Shown here: positions 43,379-57,907 of the stretch, piece by piece
How the letters are laid out: the number at the start of each line of letters is the position of its first letter
Numbering within the stretch: position 1 is the first letter of the stretch
Origin: Eledone cirrhosa
Lineage: Eukaryota
NCBI GenBank assembly: GCA_964016885.1
Contig: OZ024749.1
Location: forward strand, 28,396,001-28,460,000
Reading direction: 5' to 3'
DNA length: 64,000 bases
Position numbers and translations under genes: made by a program
The notes under the pieces: model-generated
What the model saw: only the letters and a program-made list of their open reading frames with translations
What the model was told of the DNA's origin: nothing
Database searches by the model: none

Positions 43379-43703
43379 TATACACACATATATATATACA
43401 CACACATATATATACTCATATATATATACACACATACATACACTCATATATATATACACACACATACATATATATATATACACACACATATATATACATA
43501 CACACACATACATATACACACACATACATATACACATACACACATACATATACACACACATATACATACACACATATACATACACACATATATATACACA
43601 CATATATATACACATATATATATACATACACACATATATATACACATATATATATACACACACATATATATATATATACACACATATATATATACACACA
43701 TAC

Positions 43704-43740
<37 letters not shown>

Positions 43741-43760
43741 CACACACACATACATACATA

Positions 43761-43796
<36 letters not shown>

Positions 43797-44790
43797 CACA
43801 CACACATATATATATTTACACACATACACACACATATATATATATACACACACATACATACATATATATATATACACACACATACATATATATATACACA
43901 CACATACATACATATATATATATACACACACATACATACATATATATATATATACACACACACATACATACATATATATATATATATACACACCCATACA
44001 TACATATATATATATATATACACACATACATACATATATATATATATATACACACATACATACATATATATATATACACACATATATACATATATATATA
44101 CACACATACATACATATATATATACACACATACATACATATATATATATACACACATACATACATATATATATATACACACATACATACATATATATATA
44201 TACACACACATACATACATATATATATATACACACACATACATACATATATATATATACACACACATACATACATATATATATATACACACACATACATA
44301 CATATATATATATACACACATACATACATATATATATATACACACATACATACATATATATATATACACACATACATACATATATATATACACACATACA
44401 TACATATATATATATACACACATACATACATATATATATATACACACATACATACATATATATATATATATACACACATACATATATATATATATACACA
44501 CATACATACATATATATATATACACACATACATACATATATATATATACACACATACATACATATATATATATACACACATACATACATATATATATATA
44601 CACACATACATACATATATATATATACACACATACATACATATATATATATATATACACACATACATATATATATATATATACAAACATACATACATATA
44701 TATATATATATACAAACATACATACATATATATATATATATACAAACATACATACATATATATATATATATACAAACATACATACATATA

Positions 44791-44828
<38 letters not shown>

Positions 44829-44925
44829 CACACACACATACATATATATATATACACACACATACATATATATATATATACACACACATACATATATATA
44901 TACACATACACATACATATATATAT

Positions 44926-44986
<61 letters not shown>

Positions 44987-45987
44987 CACACACATACATA
45001 TATATATATATATACACACACATACATATATATATATATACACACACATACATATATATATATATATACACACACATACATATATATATATATACACACA
45101 CATACATATATATATATATACACACACATACATATATATATATATACACACACATACATATATATATATATACACACACATACATGTATATATATATACA
45201 CACATACATACATATATATATATACACACATACATACATATATATATATACACACACATACATACATATATATATATACACACATACATACATATATATA
45301 TATACACACATACATACATATATATATATACACACATACATACATATATATATATACACACATACATACATATATATATATACACACATACATACATATA
45401 TATATATACACACATACATACATATATATATATACACACATACATACATATATATATATACACACATGCATATATATATATATACACACATGCATATATA
45501 TATATATACACACATGCATATATATATATATACACACATGCATATATATATATATATACACACATGCATATATATATATACACACATGCATATATATATA
45601 TATACACACATGCATATATATATATATACACACATACATATATATATATAAACACACATACATATATATATATAAACACACATACATATATATATATATA
45701 CACACATACATATATATATATATACACACATACATATATATATATATACACACACATACATACATATATATATATACACACATACATACATATATATATA
45801 TACACACATACATACATATATATATATACACACATACATACATATATATATATACACACATACATACATATATATATATACACACATACATACATATATA
45901 TATATACACACATACATACATATATATATATATACACACATACATATATATATATATACACACACACATACATATATATATACACAC

Positions 45988-46018
<31 letters not shown>

Positions 46019-46715
46019 CACATACATATATATATATATATATACATACATATATATATATATATACATACATATATATATATATATATATACACATACA
46101 TATATATATATACACACATACATATATATATATATATACACACATATATATATATATACACACATACATATATATATATACACACATATATATATATACA
46201 CACATATATATATATATACACACATACATATATATATATATACACACATACATATATATATATATACACACACATACATATATATATACACACACATACA
46301 TATATATATACACACACATACATATATATATACACACACATACATATATATATACACACACATAATTATATATATACACACATACATATATATATACTCA
46401 CACATACATATATATATACTCACACATACATATATATATACACACACATACATATATATATACACACACATACATATATATATACACACACATACATATA
46501 TACACACACATACATATATATATACACACACATATATATATATACACACACACATATATATACACACACACACATATATATATATACACACATATATATA
46601 TATACACACACACATACATATATATATACACACACACATACATATATATATATACACACATATATATATACACACATATATATATATATACACACACATA
46701 CATATATATATACAC

Positions 46716-46747
<32 letters not shown>

Positions 46748-46757
46748 ATATATACAC

Positions 46758-46788
<31 letters not shown>

Positions 46789-46859
46789 TACATATATATA
46801 TACACACATATATATATATACACACACATACATATATATATACACACATATATATATAT

Positions 46860-46956
<97 letters not shown>

Positions 46957-46999
46957 TATATATATATATATACACACACATATATATATATATATACAC

Positions 47000-47030
<31 letters not shown>

Positions 47031-47049
47031 TATATATATATATATACAC

Positions 47050-47110
<61 letters not shown>

Positions 47111-47171
47111 TATATATACATATATACACACATATATATATATACATACACACATATATATATATACACAC

Positions 47172-47202
<31 letters not shown>

Positions 47203-47657
47203 TATATATATATACACACATATATATATATATATATACACACATATATATATATACACACATATATATATATATATACACACATATATATATATATATA
47301 CACACATACATATATATATATATACACACATACATATATATATATATACACACACACATATATATATATATACACACACACATATATATATATATACACA
47401 CACACATATATATATATATATACACACACACATATATATATATACACACACACACATATATATATATACACACACACACATATATATATACACACACACA
47501 CATATATATATACACACACACACATATATATATACACACACACATATATATATATATACACACACACATATATATATATATACACACACATATATATATA
47601 TATATACACACACATATATATATATATATATACACACACATATATATATATATATAT

Positions 47658-47697
<40 letters not shown>

Positions 47698-47711
47698 ATA
47701 TATATACACAC

Positions 47712-47744
<33 letters not shown>

Positions 47745-47811
47745 TATATATACACATATATATATATATATATATACACATATATATATATATACACATA
47801 TATATATATAT

Positions 47812-47852
<41 letters not shown>

Positions 47853-47895
47853 TACATATATATATACACACACACTTATATACACATACATATAT
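42897..47895. repeat. compound (TA)n/(CA)n/(TACA)n microsatellite, ~5 kb
   Basis: Seen directly. Confidence 0.98.
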
Positions 47896-48409
47896 GGAAA
47901 CATGTGCATATATGTATGATTGAGCGCATGTGTCAAATATGTCCATGTGTGTGTGTGTGTGTAAGATATCCGTAGATAAAAAAACAAGGAAACAATGCTC
48001 AATTTAGTGCATTTAAGGTTATTTAGTGTATAAGTCCTTGCACCTGACGAGAGAAGCCCTCCTTAGAACGTGTGTGGTGTGGTGTGGTGTGTGTGTATCG
48101 ATCTATCTGTCAGGTATCATGTACAGTAATATCTAGTATTTTCCTACATTCCGGGGTCACTTATATGACAATTGCGACAAGAAGTAACTTTGAGTTATAT
48201 TAAAAATATATGCTACACAAAGTCTATCTGAAAACACAAGCAAAATATATATCACATCCATGCTTTGTCTCAGGCCCTCGACTCTTCATGGAGTCGTAGG
48301 GGCACCGTCATATCGTACGGCGTATCTTGGATATTTATACCTGCCAGAGCTCATCCTTATCGAGGTCTGAACACAGCGTATGTCTTTTAGAGAAGAAGTT
48401 TTAAAGTCT

Positions 48410-48680
48410 GTCTCGAGCTCGAAGGCTTATCAGGCTAGTGCTTGTCCCGATTTCTATGGCGTTAAACGCCTGAGAATACAAGACTTGCCCCTGGACATGA
48501 CGCCAGTCCATAGCAGGATTAAACCTCCGGCTATCTCTGGTGGTACTCATTTTCAGTTGAGTTTACTGGAGTAACGCGAAATGAAGTGTTTAGCTTAAGA
48601 AGACAACACACAACTTAGTCCAGGAATCGAACCCACGACATTATGATCGTAAGTTCACACCCCCTTACCAGCTAGGCCAC
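48410..48680 (-). mobile_element. SINE family C (tRNA head)
   Basis: Reverse-complement homologue of 49918-50195, with B box GGTTCGATTCC. Confidence 0.7.
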
Positions 48681-49706
48681 TTTAAAGAAGAAGACTGTTA
48701 GAAGATGTAAGAAAACAATATAGAGGAAGAATGAAAAAGTAAGAAAGAGATATAGAAGAAGAATTGACCTCAGTATACGACTCGTATAGTGTGTAATAGA
48801 GATGAAATATACTCTCACTTCAAAACTCATGAAAGAATTTTACGGAAAGTTGATTAAATTTAATGAACACTAAATTAACTTTAATGAAAAACTATAGGTT
48901 AAAATAAATTAACACATAGCATATATACTATAGGTTAAAATAAATTATAATTTAGCGTACCTACTCACCAGAAATTGTTTGCATGGAAACACCGGTATAT
49001 GACACCGAAACCAAACTCCAGATATTAACAAATCTTGACAGCCATAACTCACAAAATAACATAGTCTCTAAGAGTTTAGTAGTCAAGGTCTTTTCACTAA
49101 CAAAACCAACTTGATACTGATATCACCATTATAGTGTGAAGTAGTCTAGCCCCTAATAAAACCAATCTTATACTGATGTCATCAATAAACTGCTGGATAG
49201 TCTTGCCCAGAGCCGGACTTTCACATGCTCAGGCCCAAAGTTAAATGACATTTGAGGCTCTTCTCTAAAAAGGATTCGTGTAAAATGTTTTAAAATAATT
49301 ATGCATGATTAATATGTTTCATATCAATGTTAATGATAAAGAATAAATTATATATGTGTGTGTACGCGCGCGCGCGTGCGTGTATATAATTGTTAAAGAA
49401 TAAAATTTAATGATAAAATAATATTTATATATTTTTTAAATGAGGCCTTAAATTATAGTGTATTTATAAGCTTATTGATAAGTCCAGCACCGGTTTTGCA
49501 CCTAATAAAACCAAAACCAACCTTATATTCATCACCATACTGAGGGATAGACTTACACATCTGATAGTTTTTTTTATATCATGGCTGGATTAAACAGTAA
49601 GCAAAATAAACACATATGTGGGGAACCAAGGGAATTGGAACACAATTTTATTTAAATTAAATGTATTATTTCAAAAAAAAAAAAAAATTCTCAAACTTTA
49701 TATGTG

Positions 49707-50318
49707 GAGGCACGTGGCTTTGTGCTAATGATGTTGAACTTACGATCATAATATCGTAGGTTCGATTCCTGGACTGGATTGTGTGTTGTGTCCCTGAGTA
49801 AAAGACTACACTTCACGTGGCCTAGTGATAAGGGTGTGGGACTTACAATCATAGTGTCGTGGGTTCGATTCCTAGACTGGCTTGTATCTTGTATTCTTGA
49901 GCAAAACATTTCATTTCATGTGGCCTAATGGCAAGGATGTTGGACTAACTATCTTAATGTGGTGGGTTCGATTCTTGGACTGGGTTGTGTGTTGTGTTCT
50001 TGAGCAAAACACTTCATTTCCCGTTGCTCCAGTATACTCAGCTGAAAATGAGTACCAGCAACAGCTGGGGGTTTAACTCTGCGATGGACTGGCGTATTGT
50101 CCTGGGAACAGGGAATCCTGTACTTTCAGTCGTTTGATGCCACGGAAACCGGAATAAGCACCGGCCTGATGAGCCTCTCGACTCAAGACAGATTTTAACC
50201 CTACGATGGACTGGCATCCTATCCAGGAAGGGAGAGTCTTGTACTCTCAGTCGCTTAACTCTACGGAAATCGAGATAAACACCAGTCTGATAAGCCTGCG
50301 TGCTCGACACAGATTTTA
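49707..50318 (+). mobile_element. SINE family C with three tandem tRNA heads and two tails
   Basis: TGGC..AGTG...GGTTCGATTC occurs three times at ~105-nt spacing. CGATGGACTGGC...CGGAAA occurs twice. Confidence 0.8.
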
Positions 50319-50484
50319 TATCGGGGAAGGAGCCCCATAATTTTTTAAGTGGTAAGATCCATAAAGGACCTAATACGGCCCCAGTTCATATTTTGCTGTA
50401 CATGATGATGATTGTAATAACATATTGAGCTTTCAGTCTTCTTATCATGTCATAATGAAGTAGACCACTCTACTTGTTAAACTT

Positions 50485-50545
<61 letters not shown>

Positions 50546-50550
<5 letters not shown>

Positions 50551-51184
50551 TCCTTCACGCACAAGGCGCTAAAGGTAACTATAGTAGGTAAAGGTAACTA
50601 TAGTAGGTAAAGTCAATTTTTTAAAATTTATTTTGAAACTTTTTCATTATTTGCTAAACCTTGATTATATATGTTCTGGCTCGTTAATTTATTAACCTGC
50701 CATTGAACCACATTGGCATTTGGTTGGACAATACATGCGTCCCTTAGCGCCTTGTGCGTGAAGGAACACATATCCTATTATTACTATTCTCCTCTATGTT
50801 GAGAAAACATTTGGTCGTTCCGACTGCTGCTAGTGATAGTGGCGGCCGATTTGACCTACCTCCCTCTGCCTCTATCTTTACTTCGGCCCTTGAAAAAATT
50901 GATTCCACTTCATTCACTCTCATCTCGGGAACAGTTTGGGATAGCGCTAGTTCGTAATTTAAATTCAAGAATTTTATATTCTTCGAATGAAAAGAACCTT
51001 CTGACGAGAATCTTTCTTTGCAACGAAGGCCGTATGGTCTCCGTTTATTTTTGAGATTCGAAACCGATCGGTAAAGGTAACTAAAGTAGGTAAAGGTAAC
51101 TATAGTAGGTAAAGGTAACTATAGTAGGTAAAGTCAATTTTTTAAAATTTATTTTGAAACTTTTTCATTATTTTCTAAACCTTG

Positions 51185-51188
<4 letters not shown>
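50546..51188 (+). mobile_element. retrozyme-like non-coding element: ~500-nt monomer, ~100-nt terminal direct repeat and a 27-nt 5' inversion
   Basis: 50570-50672 repeats at ~51090-51190. 50546-50572 is the reverse complement of 50744-50770. Contains a hammerhead and ends in (TA)n. Confidence 0.85.
50996..51078 (+). ncRNA. type I hammerhead ribozyme with long stem II insertion
   Basis: ACCUU-CUGACGA-GAAUCU[~40 nt]AGAUUC-GAAAC-CGAUCG-GUA^AAGGU. All core positions are intact and stem III palindrome is ACCGAUCGGU. Confidence 0.9.
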
Positions 51189-51267
<79 letters not shown>

Positions 51268-51310
51268 GAAAGAAGAGTAACATGGTTGGCTGTACAATAA
51301 GGCCTTTATT

Positions 51311-51426
51311 CACAGTGCTGACAATTGTTTCGTTGATCTGGTAGGTCTAAGCTCGCTAATCGTTTGATGTTGCGTCAATCGACTCCAATACTTTGTTTAC
51401 AACCAGTCAATACATCAGAGCACGTG
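51311..51426 (-). ncRNA. hammerhead-like motif with very long stem II and one core change
   Basis: GUGCU-CUGAUGU-A-UUGACUGGU[~60 nt]ACCAGAUCAA-C-GAAAC-AAUU-GUC^AGCAC. A9 position reads U. Confidence 0.65.
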
Positions 51427-51440
51427 GATTACCTATAACG

Positions 51441-51491
<51 letters not shown>

Positions 51492-51496
51492 AATAT

Positions 51497-51591
<95 letters not shown>

Positions 51592-51687
51592 TAAGTCATG
51601 GCCAATCAACCACCACAAATTATCTCGAATTGTATATATATATATATATATATTTATTATTATGTAATAAACAACATAAGGCAATTA

Positions 51688-51747
51688 TTCCATTTACCAG
51701 TGGTTTCTTAAAAGCAAAAGGTTTTGCTTTCAATCCTCAGAATGAAA
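51688..51747 (-). ncRNA. type I hammerhead ribozyme
   Basis: UUUCAUU-CUGAGGA-UUGAAAGCAAAA(cc)UUUUGCUUUUAA-GAAAC-CACUG-GUA^AAUGGAA. Confidence 0.85.
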
Positions 51748-51794
51748 AAATCCTGGTTTGTTTATTGAATTTGGATCTTAAAAACCTATATATA

Positions 51795-52008
51795 TATAGG
51801 AAAAGTGTCAGGACCCAACGGCTGAGCTCCACCCGTTTCGACAGTTAGATCCGAACTAAGACCGGTGGGTTAGTTCGGATCTAGCTGTTGAAACGGCCGG
51901 AGCTCAGCCGTCGGGGTCATAACTATTTTCCTATAACCCACTCTACTACCCTAAATATTGAGTACTCTGGTGCGTTATGGTGCACCTGGTATCTTACTAC
52001 ACCCTTTT

Positions 52009-52015
<7 letters not shown>
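51795..52015 (+). mobile_element. ~220-bp element: 140-bp palindrome plus ~80-nt tail, between (TA)n tracts
   Basis: Inverted arms span 51795-51935. An inverted homologue lies at 62718-62924. Confidence 0.7.
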
Positions 52016-52073
<58 letters not shown>

Positions 52074-52078
52074 TGTAT

Positions 52079-52109
<31 letters not shown>

Positions 52110-52264
52110 AATATATATATATATATATATGTAAGTGCGTGTGTATATATATATATATATGTGTATATTTGTATGTGTATGTTTAGTACAGCCTAACTGA
52201 TTCGTTGATGAGCTCTAAACCAATAGGTCCTGGGATTGTATCTAGATAGAAATACTTATGTTGA

Positions 52265-52317
<53 letters not shown>

Positions 52318-52334
52318 TGGTAGTAGTAATGGTG

Positions 52335-52374
<40 letters not shown>

Positions 52375-52408
52375 TAGTAGTAGTAGTAGTAGTAATGGTG
52401 GTGGTGGT
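52265..52408. repeat. (TAG)n/(TGG)n microsatellite
   Basis: Seen directly. Confidence 0.95.
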
Positions 52409-52576
52409 ATCGGATGTGTAGTTGAGCGCGCCCCTTGGCATTGTGAGAAAGACAAGTGATAGTAAAGTATCTGCTAGTTCTGTTGAATAAGGAGGAAGTC
52501 ATGGAGAAAGAGATGAGGACATATGTGAGATGTTTATGATTGCTGGAAGACAAACGACGTTTCATTAGGCATCTGG

Positions 52577-52635
52577 TCTCTCTCTCTGTCTCTCTCTCTC
52601 TCTCCATCTTTCTCTCTTTCTCTCTTTGTCTCTCC

Positions 52636-52684
<49 letters not shown>

Positions 52685-52696
52685 TCTGTATGTCTG

Positions 52697-52729
<33 letters not shown>

Positions 52730-52896
52730 TTCTGTCCCTCCCACTCTGTCTCTGTCTGTCTTTCTCTCTCTCCTCTCTCTCCTCTCTCTCTTTTTCTCTC
52801 TCTCTCTATCTCACACACCTACACAGATTATATCTCTCTGTCTGTCTCTCTCTCACACACACATGCACACACGTTCACACACACACAACAGACATT

Positions 52897-52962
<66 letters not shown>

Positions 52963-53025
52963 GTACACGCACACGTACACTCACACCTACACAGATTATA
53001 TCTCTCTGCCTCTCTCTCTTTCTCA
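52577..53025. repeat. (CT)n/(CA)n microsatellite
   Basis: Seen directly. Confidence 0.92.
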
Positions 53026-53456
53026 TTCACATATCTTTCTTCAAAATCAACCGGATAAAAAGTTGAAATAAAATAAAATAAAATACAATAAAAACCAAAC
53101 AATGCTGACATTTCAAAATTGTCCTAGAGAAATATTTTGTCTGTTCTGGGAAGAGACATGATCTACAGCACACCATCAACAATAGACGTTTCTGGCAGCT
53201 TTTTCTGCTAAGCAAGTTGACAAATCTAATTTTTGACACATCTTACTCTGACCACACCAATAAAAATGACCAGATCTGCATTTTCCACTACACAGGCCAC
53301 ACCCACCCATACAAAATCATGTGATAGGTCATAAATAGCATACAAACCTCTCCCTCGCTTTCGATATGTATTTCCCCAATGTCTTTTCGCCGCGACAAAG
53401 ATGTTTAGTGATTTCTTTGTTGATTGTAGGAAATTATCATATATTTAATTTAATTA

Positions 53457-53792
53457 TACGAGGGGAGGCTGAGAAATCCATACGCTGACTATGAAGAAGT
53501 GATGCTAGAGTTGGGAAATCTTGCATGCATTAATTACAACTCTTCTTATTAATAACTACATTGTTTCTTTTTAGGTACTATATTGAAAAATAAACCCCAT
53601 TTAGTCAGTCCATAAAAGTATCTAGGTCAGCCTATGAAGGAGTGATGCTGGAGCTGTGAAATCTTGCATGCATTAATTACAACTCTTCTTATTAATAACT
53701 GCATTGTTTCTTTTTAGGTACTATATTGAAAAATAAACCTCATTTGGTCATTCCATGAGAGTATCTTAGCCAGCCTATGAAGTTTTCAGTCT
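53457..53792. mobile_element. mariner-type MITE with internal ~148-bp duplication
   Basis: Starts TA-CGAGGGG..GCTGA and ends CAGCCTATGAAGTTTTCAG. The CTATGAAG...CAGCCTATGAAG block is duplicated. Confidence 0.65.
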
Positions 53793-53848
53793 ATGAACTT
53801 CAATCATCGTGGGAGCACTCTTTATGTAGCGTATCTTGGGTAAATACA

Positions 53849-53972
53849 GCCCAGCGGAGCCCAACGGTCTCTAGAGGAGCCCAGCGGAGCCCAACGGTGT
53901 CCAGAGGAACCCAACAGAGCCCAACGGTGTCCAGAGGAGCCCAACGGAGCCCAACCGAGCCCAACCGAGCCC
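53849..53972. repeat. GC-rich 30-bp/10-bp tandem repeat (GAGCCCAACGG...)
   Basis: About three 30-bp units followed by GAGCCCAACC units. Confidence 0.85.
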
Positions 53973-53989
53973 ATCCCTCGCCGGGATTA

Positions 53990-54690
53990 ATAATTGTTTC
54001 TACGTTAGGCACAAGGCCAGCAATTATCCAGTACATTACTGGTACTTTATTTTATCGACCCCGTAAGGATGAAAGGCAAAGTTAACCTCGGCGGGATTTG
54101 AACTCAGATCGTAAAGGGACGTAACTCTATGCTTCAAAGCATGGTGTCCGACTCTCTACCGATACTGCCAATCCACCGCCGGGATTAATAATGGTCTAAT
54201 TTAGGCATATGGCTGGCAATTTTGACAGGTGGAGGAATGGAAAGTCAATTATACCGATTCCACTGCTTAACTCTTCCTATATTTTATCGACATCGGAAGA
54301 GTGACAGACACAAAGTTGACCTGGGCAAGATTTGAACTCGGAACCGTAAGAAGCTGGAACATATACAACTGCAAAGTAAGTATTAATATTGGTTGTTTTT
54401 GCTGCAAATAAGTAAGTGTCATAGTCATTACTTTAAAACTCATAGCGAATGGTCTTCAAAATGTTTTTAATTAAACATACAGTATATTGCCAAATATACA
54501 AAACATAAAACTGCAAAGTAATTTATTCGACGCCAATCCACCACCTTTAATCATTTCTAATTTAGGCACAAGGCAAACAATTTTGGGAAACGTGGAAAGT
54601 CGATTATGTCAACCCAAGTACTTGACTGGTACTTTATATTATCGACTTTCGAAGGATGAAAAGCAAAGTTGAGCGCAGCAAGATTTGATC
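53990..54690 (-). mobile_element. three SINE family A copies (53990-54180 well conserved; 54190-54370 and 54550-54690 diverged)
   Basis: Same core on the minus strand. Confidence 0.8.
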
Positions 54691-54784
54691 CCGGGTTTAA
54701 TAAATACAGTAACAGGTGACGAAAGTCATAGGAAATAAAATATTAAATATGGCGTCTGGAAGAATTTCGTTTGATGATAAAGGA

Positions 54785-55225
54785 GGACCATGGAAGAGAT
54801 GAAAGGGACAGGTGAGATAGACAGGTGTGAGGGACAGGTGAACAGATGGACAAAGGGGAAAATGATACAGATGGACAGATGAGAGAGACAGGTGGACAGA
54901 TAGGCAGAGGGACAGATGATACAGATGGACAGATGAGAGAGACAGATAAACCGATGGACAGTGGGACAGATGAACAGATGAACAAAGGGACATATGAGAG
55001 AGACAGATGATACAGATGGACACATGGACAGAGGGACAGATGATACAACTGGAGAGATGGACAGAGGGACAGATGACACAGAGGGACAGAGGGACAGATG
55101 ATACAGGTGGACAGTGGAACAGATAAACAGATAAGATGGACAGATGGACAGTGTGACAGATGAACAGATGGACAAAGGGATAGATGGACAGATGTACAGT
55201 GGGACAGATGAACAGAGGTACAGAC
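54785..55225. repeat. GACAGATG-type minisatellite
   Basis: Seen directly. Confidence 0.88.
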
Positions 55226-56071
55226 AAGTGAGATAGAGAAAGATTAGGGAGATAGAGGGACGGATTAGGGAGCCGAGGTTCAGATGAAGCGGGGACACAG
55301 AGACACAGATAAAGGGTGACAAAGGCACAAATAAGGGGTGCATAGAGACAGATGAGGAATTAGAAATAGTTAGGAGTGTAGATGAGGACATTTTTGAGGA
55401 AGATATAATTTGAAGGAATGAGGAGTGAGGACAAACACAAGAAATGTCGCTAGAATCTGGTTGAATGCAACGATAGGCAAAATAAATAGGATATTACATG
55501 TCATGAGAAGTGAGAGTATTATTAAAATAAATAATGTTTATGTTGCAGAGATATTTGGATAAGAATGACAGTGTTAAATATATATCCAGGGCCATTGTGA
55601 AAGAAAAAGGAGTGAGAATTAGATCAAATGGTTACGTAATATATTGGAGAGGGAGAGGGTAGGAAATAGAGAGGGAGAGGAGAGGGAAGGCGAGAGAGAG
55701 GTAATGAGAGAGAGAAGGAGGGGATGATGGCAGGAGAGATAGGGTAGGCAGAGGGATGGAAAAAGGGTGGGGAAAGTGAATGGGAGGGAAGGGAAGAGAG
55801 AGAGAAAGAGAAGATGGAAGAGGTAGGGAGAGAGAGAGAGAGAGAAAGAGAGAGAAAGAAAGAGAGAAGATGGGAAGAGGGAGAAAGAGAGAGAGAGAGA
55901 GAGAGAGAAGGTGTGTGTGTGTATTGTGAGAAAGCAGAGTTGTAAAGAGACAAAAGAGATGTAACAGTTGGGAAAATGTTTAAACACAGATTAAGCAGAG
56001 AAACTGAACCGAATTACACAAAGACTGAACACTAAACTGTACTATAACCAATGTAGAGTTTAATTTAACTG

Positions 56072-56390
56072 GTACTCCGTCGGTTACGACGACGATTGTT
56101 CCAGTTGATACGATCAACGGAACGGCCTTCTTGTGAAATTAATGTGCACGTGGCTGAGCATTCCACAGACACGCGTACCCTTAACGTAGTTCTCGGGGAG
56201 ATTCAGCGTGACACTGAATGTGACAAGGTTGGCCATTAGAATTACAGGTACAACTCATTTTTGCCAGCTGAGTGGACTGGAGCAACGTAAAATAAAGTGT
56301 CTTGCTCAAGGACACAATGCGCCGCCGGGAATCAAACTCACGACCTTACGATTGTGAGCTGAATACCCTAACCACTAAGCCATGCACCTT
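56072..56390 (-). mobile_element. SINE family B, full length, tRNA-derived head
   Basis: Minus strand starts AGGTGCATGGCTTAGTGGTTAGG...GAGTTTGATTCCCGG...GTGTCCTTGAGCAAGACACT. Homologues occur elsewhere in the window. Confidence 0.85.
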
Positions 56391-56571
56391 GACAGCCAAT
56401 GTAAAGTAATTCTACCAATACTAACTGAACAACATGCGAAGGCGACTGTCTTTGTCGTTTTGTAGTTAGGGATATTCTGCCATATAACAGTATTAGACTT
56501 TAGGGTTTCCCCCAGAAGTTTCTGAACCAAAAAGGGTTCCGCGTTTGAAAATGTTTGGGAAACGCTGCTCT

Positions 56572-56790
56572 ACGTGAATCCCACACAATCTACATTTGAT
56601 TGACGCGCCTGTTTTATAAATTCTTCTCTTTACTGTGCTGGTATTTAAAGCTTGCTCTTGAGCTGTTAATAGTAAGCTTTCTTTTTCTCCTTCAATTTTC
56701 CATTTCTTAACCAGTTCCATGACCCACGCCCTTTTTTTTTCTATGTTTCTTTCAAACTGACTACGCACTATTTTTCTTTTGAACTCTTCT
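56572..56790 (-). pseudogene. C-terminal fragment of an R4/Dong-like non-LTR retrotransposon ORF
   Basis: ESLLLTAQEQALNT...KCRLCG matches the A.Q.Q.L.T motif preceding the CCHC knuckle. Confidence 0.7.
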
Positions 56791-56879
56791 TGTTTTTCCT
56801 TATACGCCCTTTTTGATAGTTTTTCTTGTTTTCAATACTGTCTTTTGATTGTCCTCCTTTTTGTGCTACGCCTTCGTCT

Positions 56880-57160
56880 AGTTTTGCTCTTCGTCCTTAC
56901 GGGGTCGATAAAATAAAGTACCAGTAATGCACTAGTGTCGATTTTATCGATCATCCACCTAAGTTACTGGTCTTGTATCTACGTCAGAAACAATTATTGT
57001 TAAATATTTATGACGAGTTTATAATTGGTCGAAGTATTAGCTTTTTATCAAAATCGGTTCACTGCGTTCCGAGTTCAAATCCTACCGAGTCAATTTTGCC
57101 CATCCATCCTTTGGGGGTCGATAAATAATGTACCAGCCTTGTACTGGAGGTCAATTATTC
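56880..57160 (+). mobile_element. two diverged SINE family A copies
   Basis: GGGGTCGATAAA..AA.GTACCAG cores. Confidence 0.7.
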
Positions 57161-57907
57161 CTCTATCACACACACATACACTCTCTCTCTCTCTCTCTCT
57201 TCTGAGAGAAATTAGGCTGCGTTCCGACCTGGAGAGGAGGGATGAGATCCGCCAGGTTTAAAATTACCAAGACATATCGTACGTCAGAAAGGTGTACACA
57301 CGACTCCATCAGGATTCGAGGGCCACGTGTTTCACCTTTTTTCCTCCTTCCAGTAACGTTAACTGTATAAAGTTCTTACCAACATTAAGGCCCACTAATA
57401 AATTTATCAGCCAGCTCTAATATAAATTGATTAGAGGTAACTACGACATTTTCTATGTCTATATCTATGTTAGAGTAGATGGGCTCCACAATGTTTTAAA
57501 AATTCCCTAAGAAACGCCCTCTGTCATTTTGGCACCCTTGCGACTCCCTTCAGGAGTTACGGGTTAATACCATACCATACCACATCATATAATCTCATAC
57601 CATACCATACCATATAATCTCATACCATACCATGTTAGAATATTTGCTCTTGTGATATATTCGAAGGCTTCGTATTTCGTCTTTTCTTTTCCTTCCAGTA
57701 ATGTCAGCTGTATTAAGTTCTTATCACCAACGTTGAACTCCCTAATAAGGTATATCAGTCAGCTTTATATGGTTGATTTGTTGGGATTTATTAAAGTTAC
57801 TGTCGCGGTTTCCCATTAATTGAGAAAATTGACAGATATCTTATCACAGTTAAACCTGCTAATAGCTAGAAAGGGAAAAAAACTACATTGACAATATAGA
57901 TGCAGTA

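Noticed and set aside
48042-48082. CUGACGA with short hairpin, hammerhead-like
   Set aside because: No GAAA core or NUH in register.
49707-50030. tRNA genes
   Set aside because: A/B boxes are present but acceptor stems are incomplete and SINE body follows.
50160-50185. CTGATGAG in SINE tail
   Set aside because: No downstream GAAA or stems; it is part of the SINE 3' module.
52200-52260. UUGAUGA...GAAA hammerhead-like motif
   Set aside because: Core C3 is changed and there is no credible stem I or III.
53849-53972. CRISPR-like short repeats
   Set aside because: Contiguous tandem units without unique spacers, no cas genes, and a eukaryotic context.
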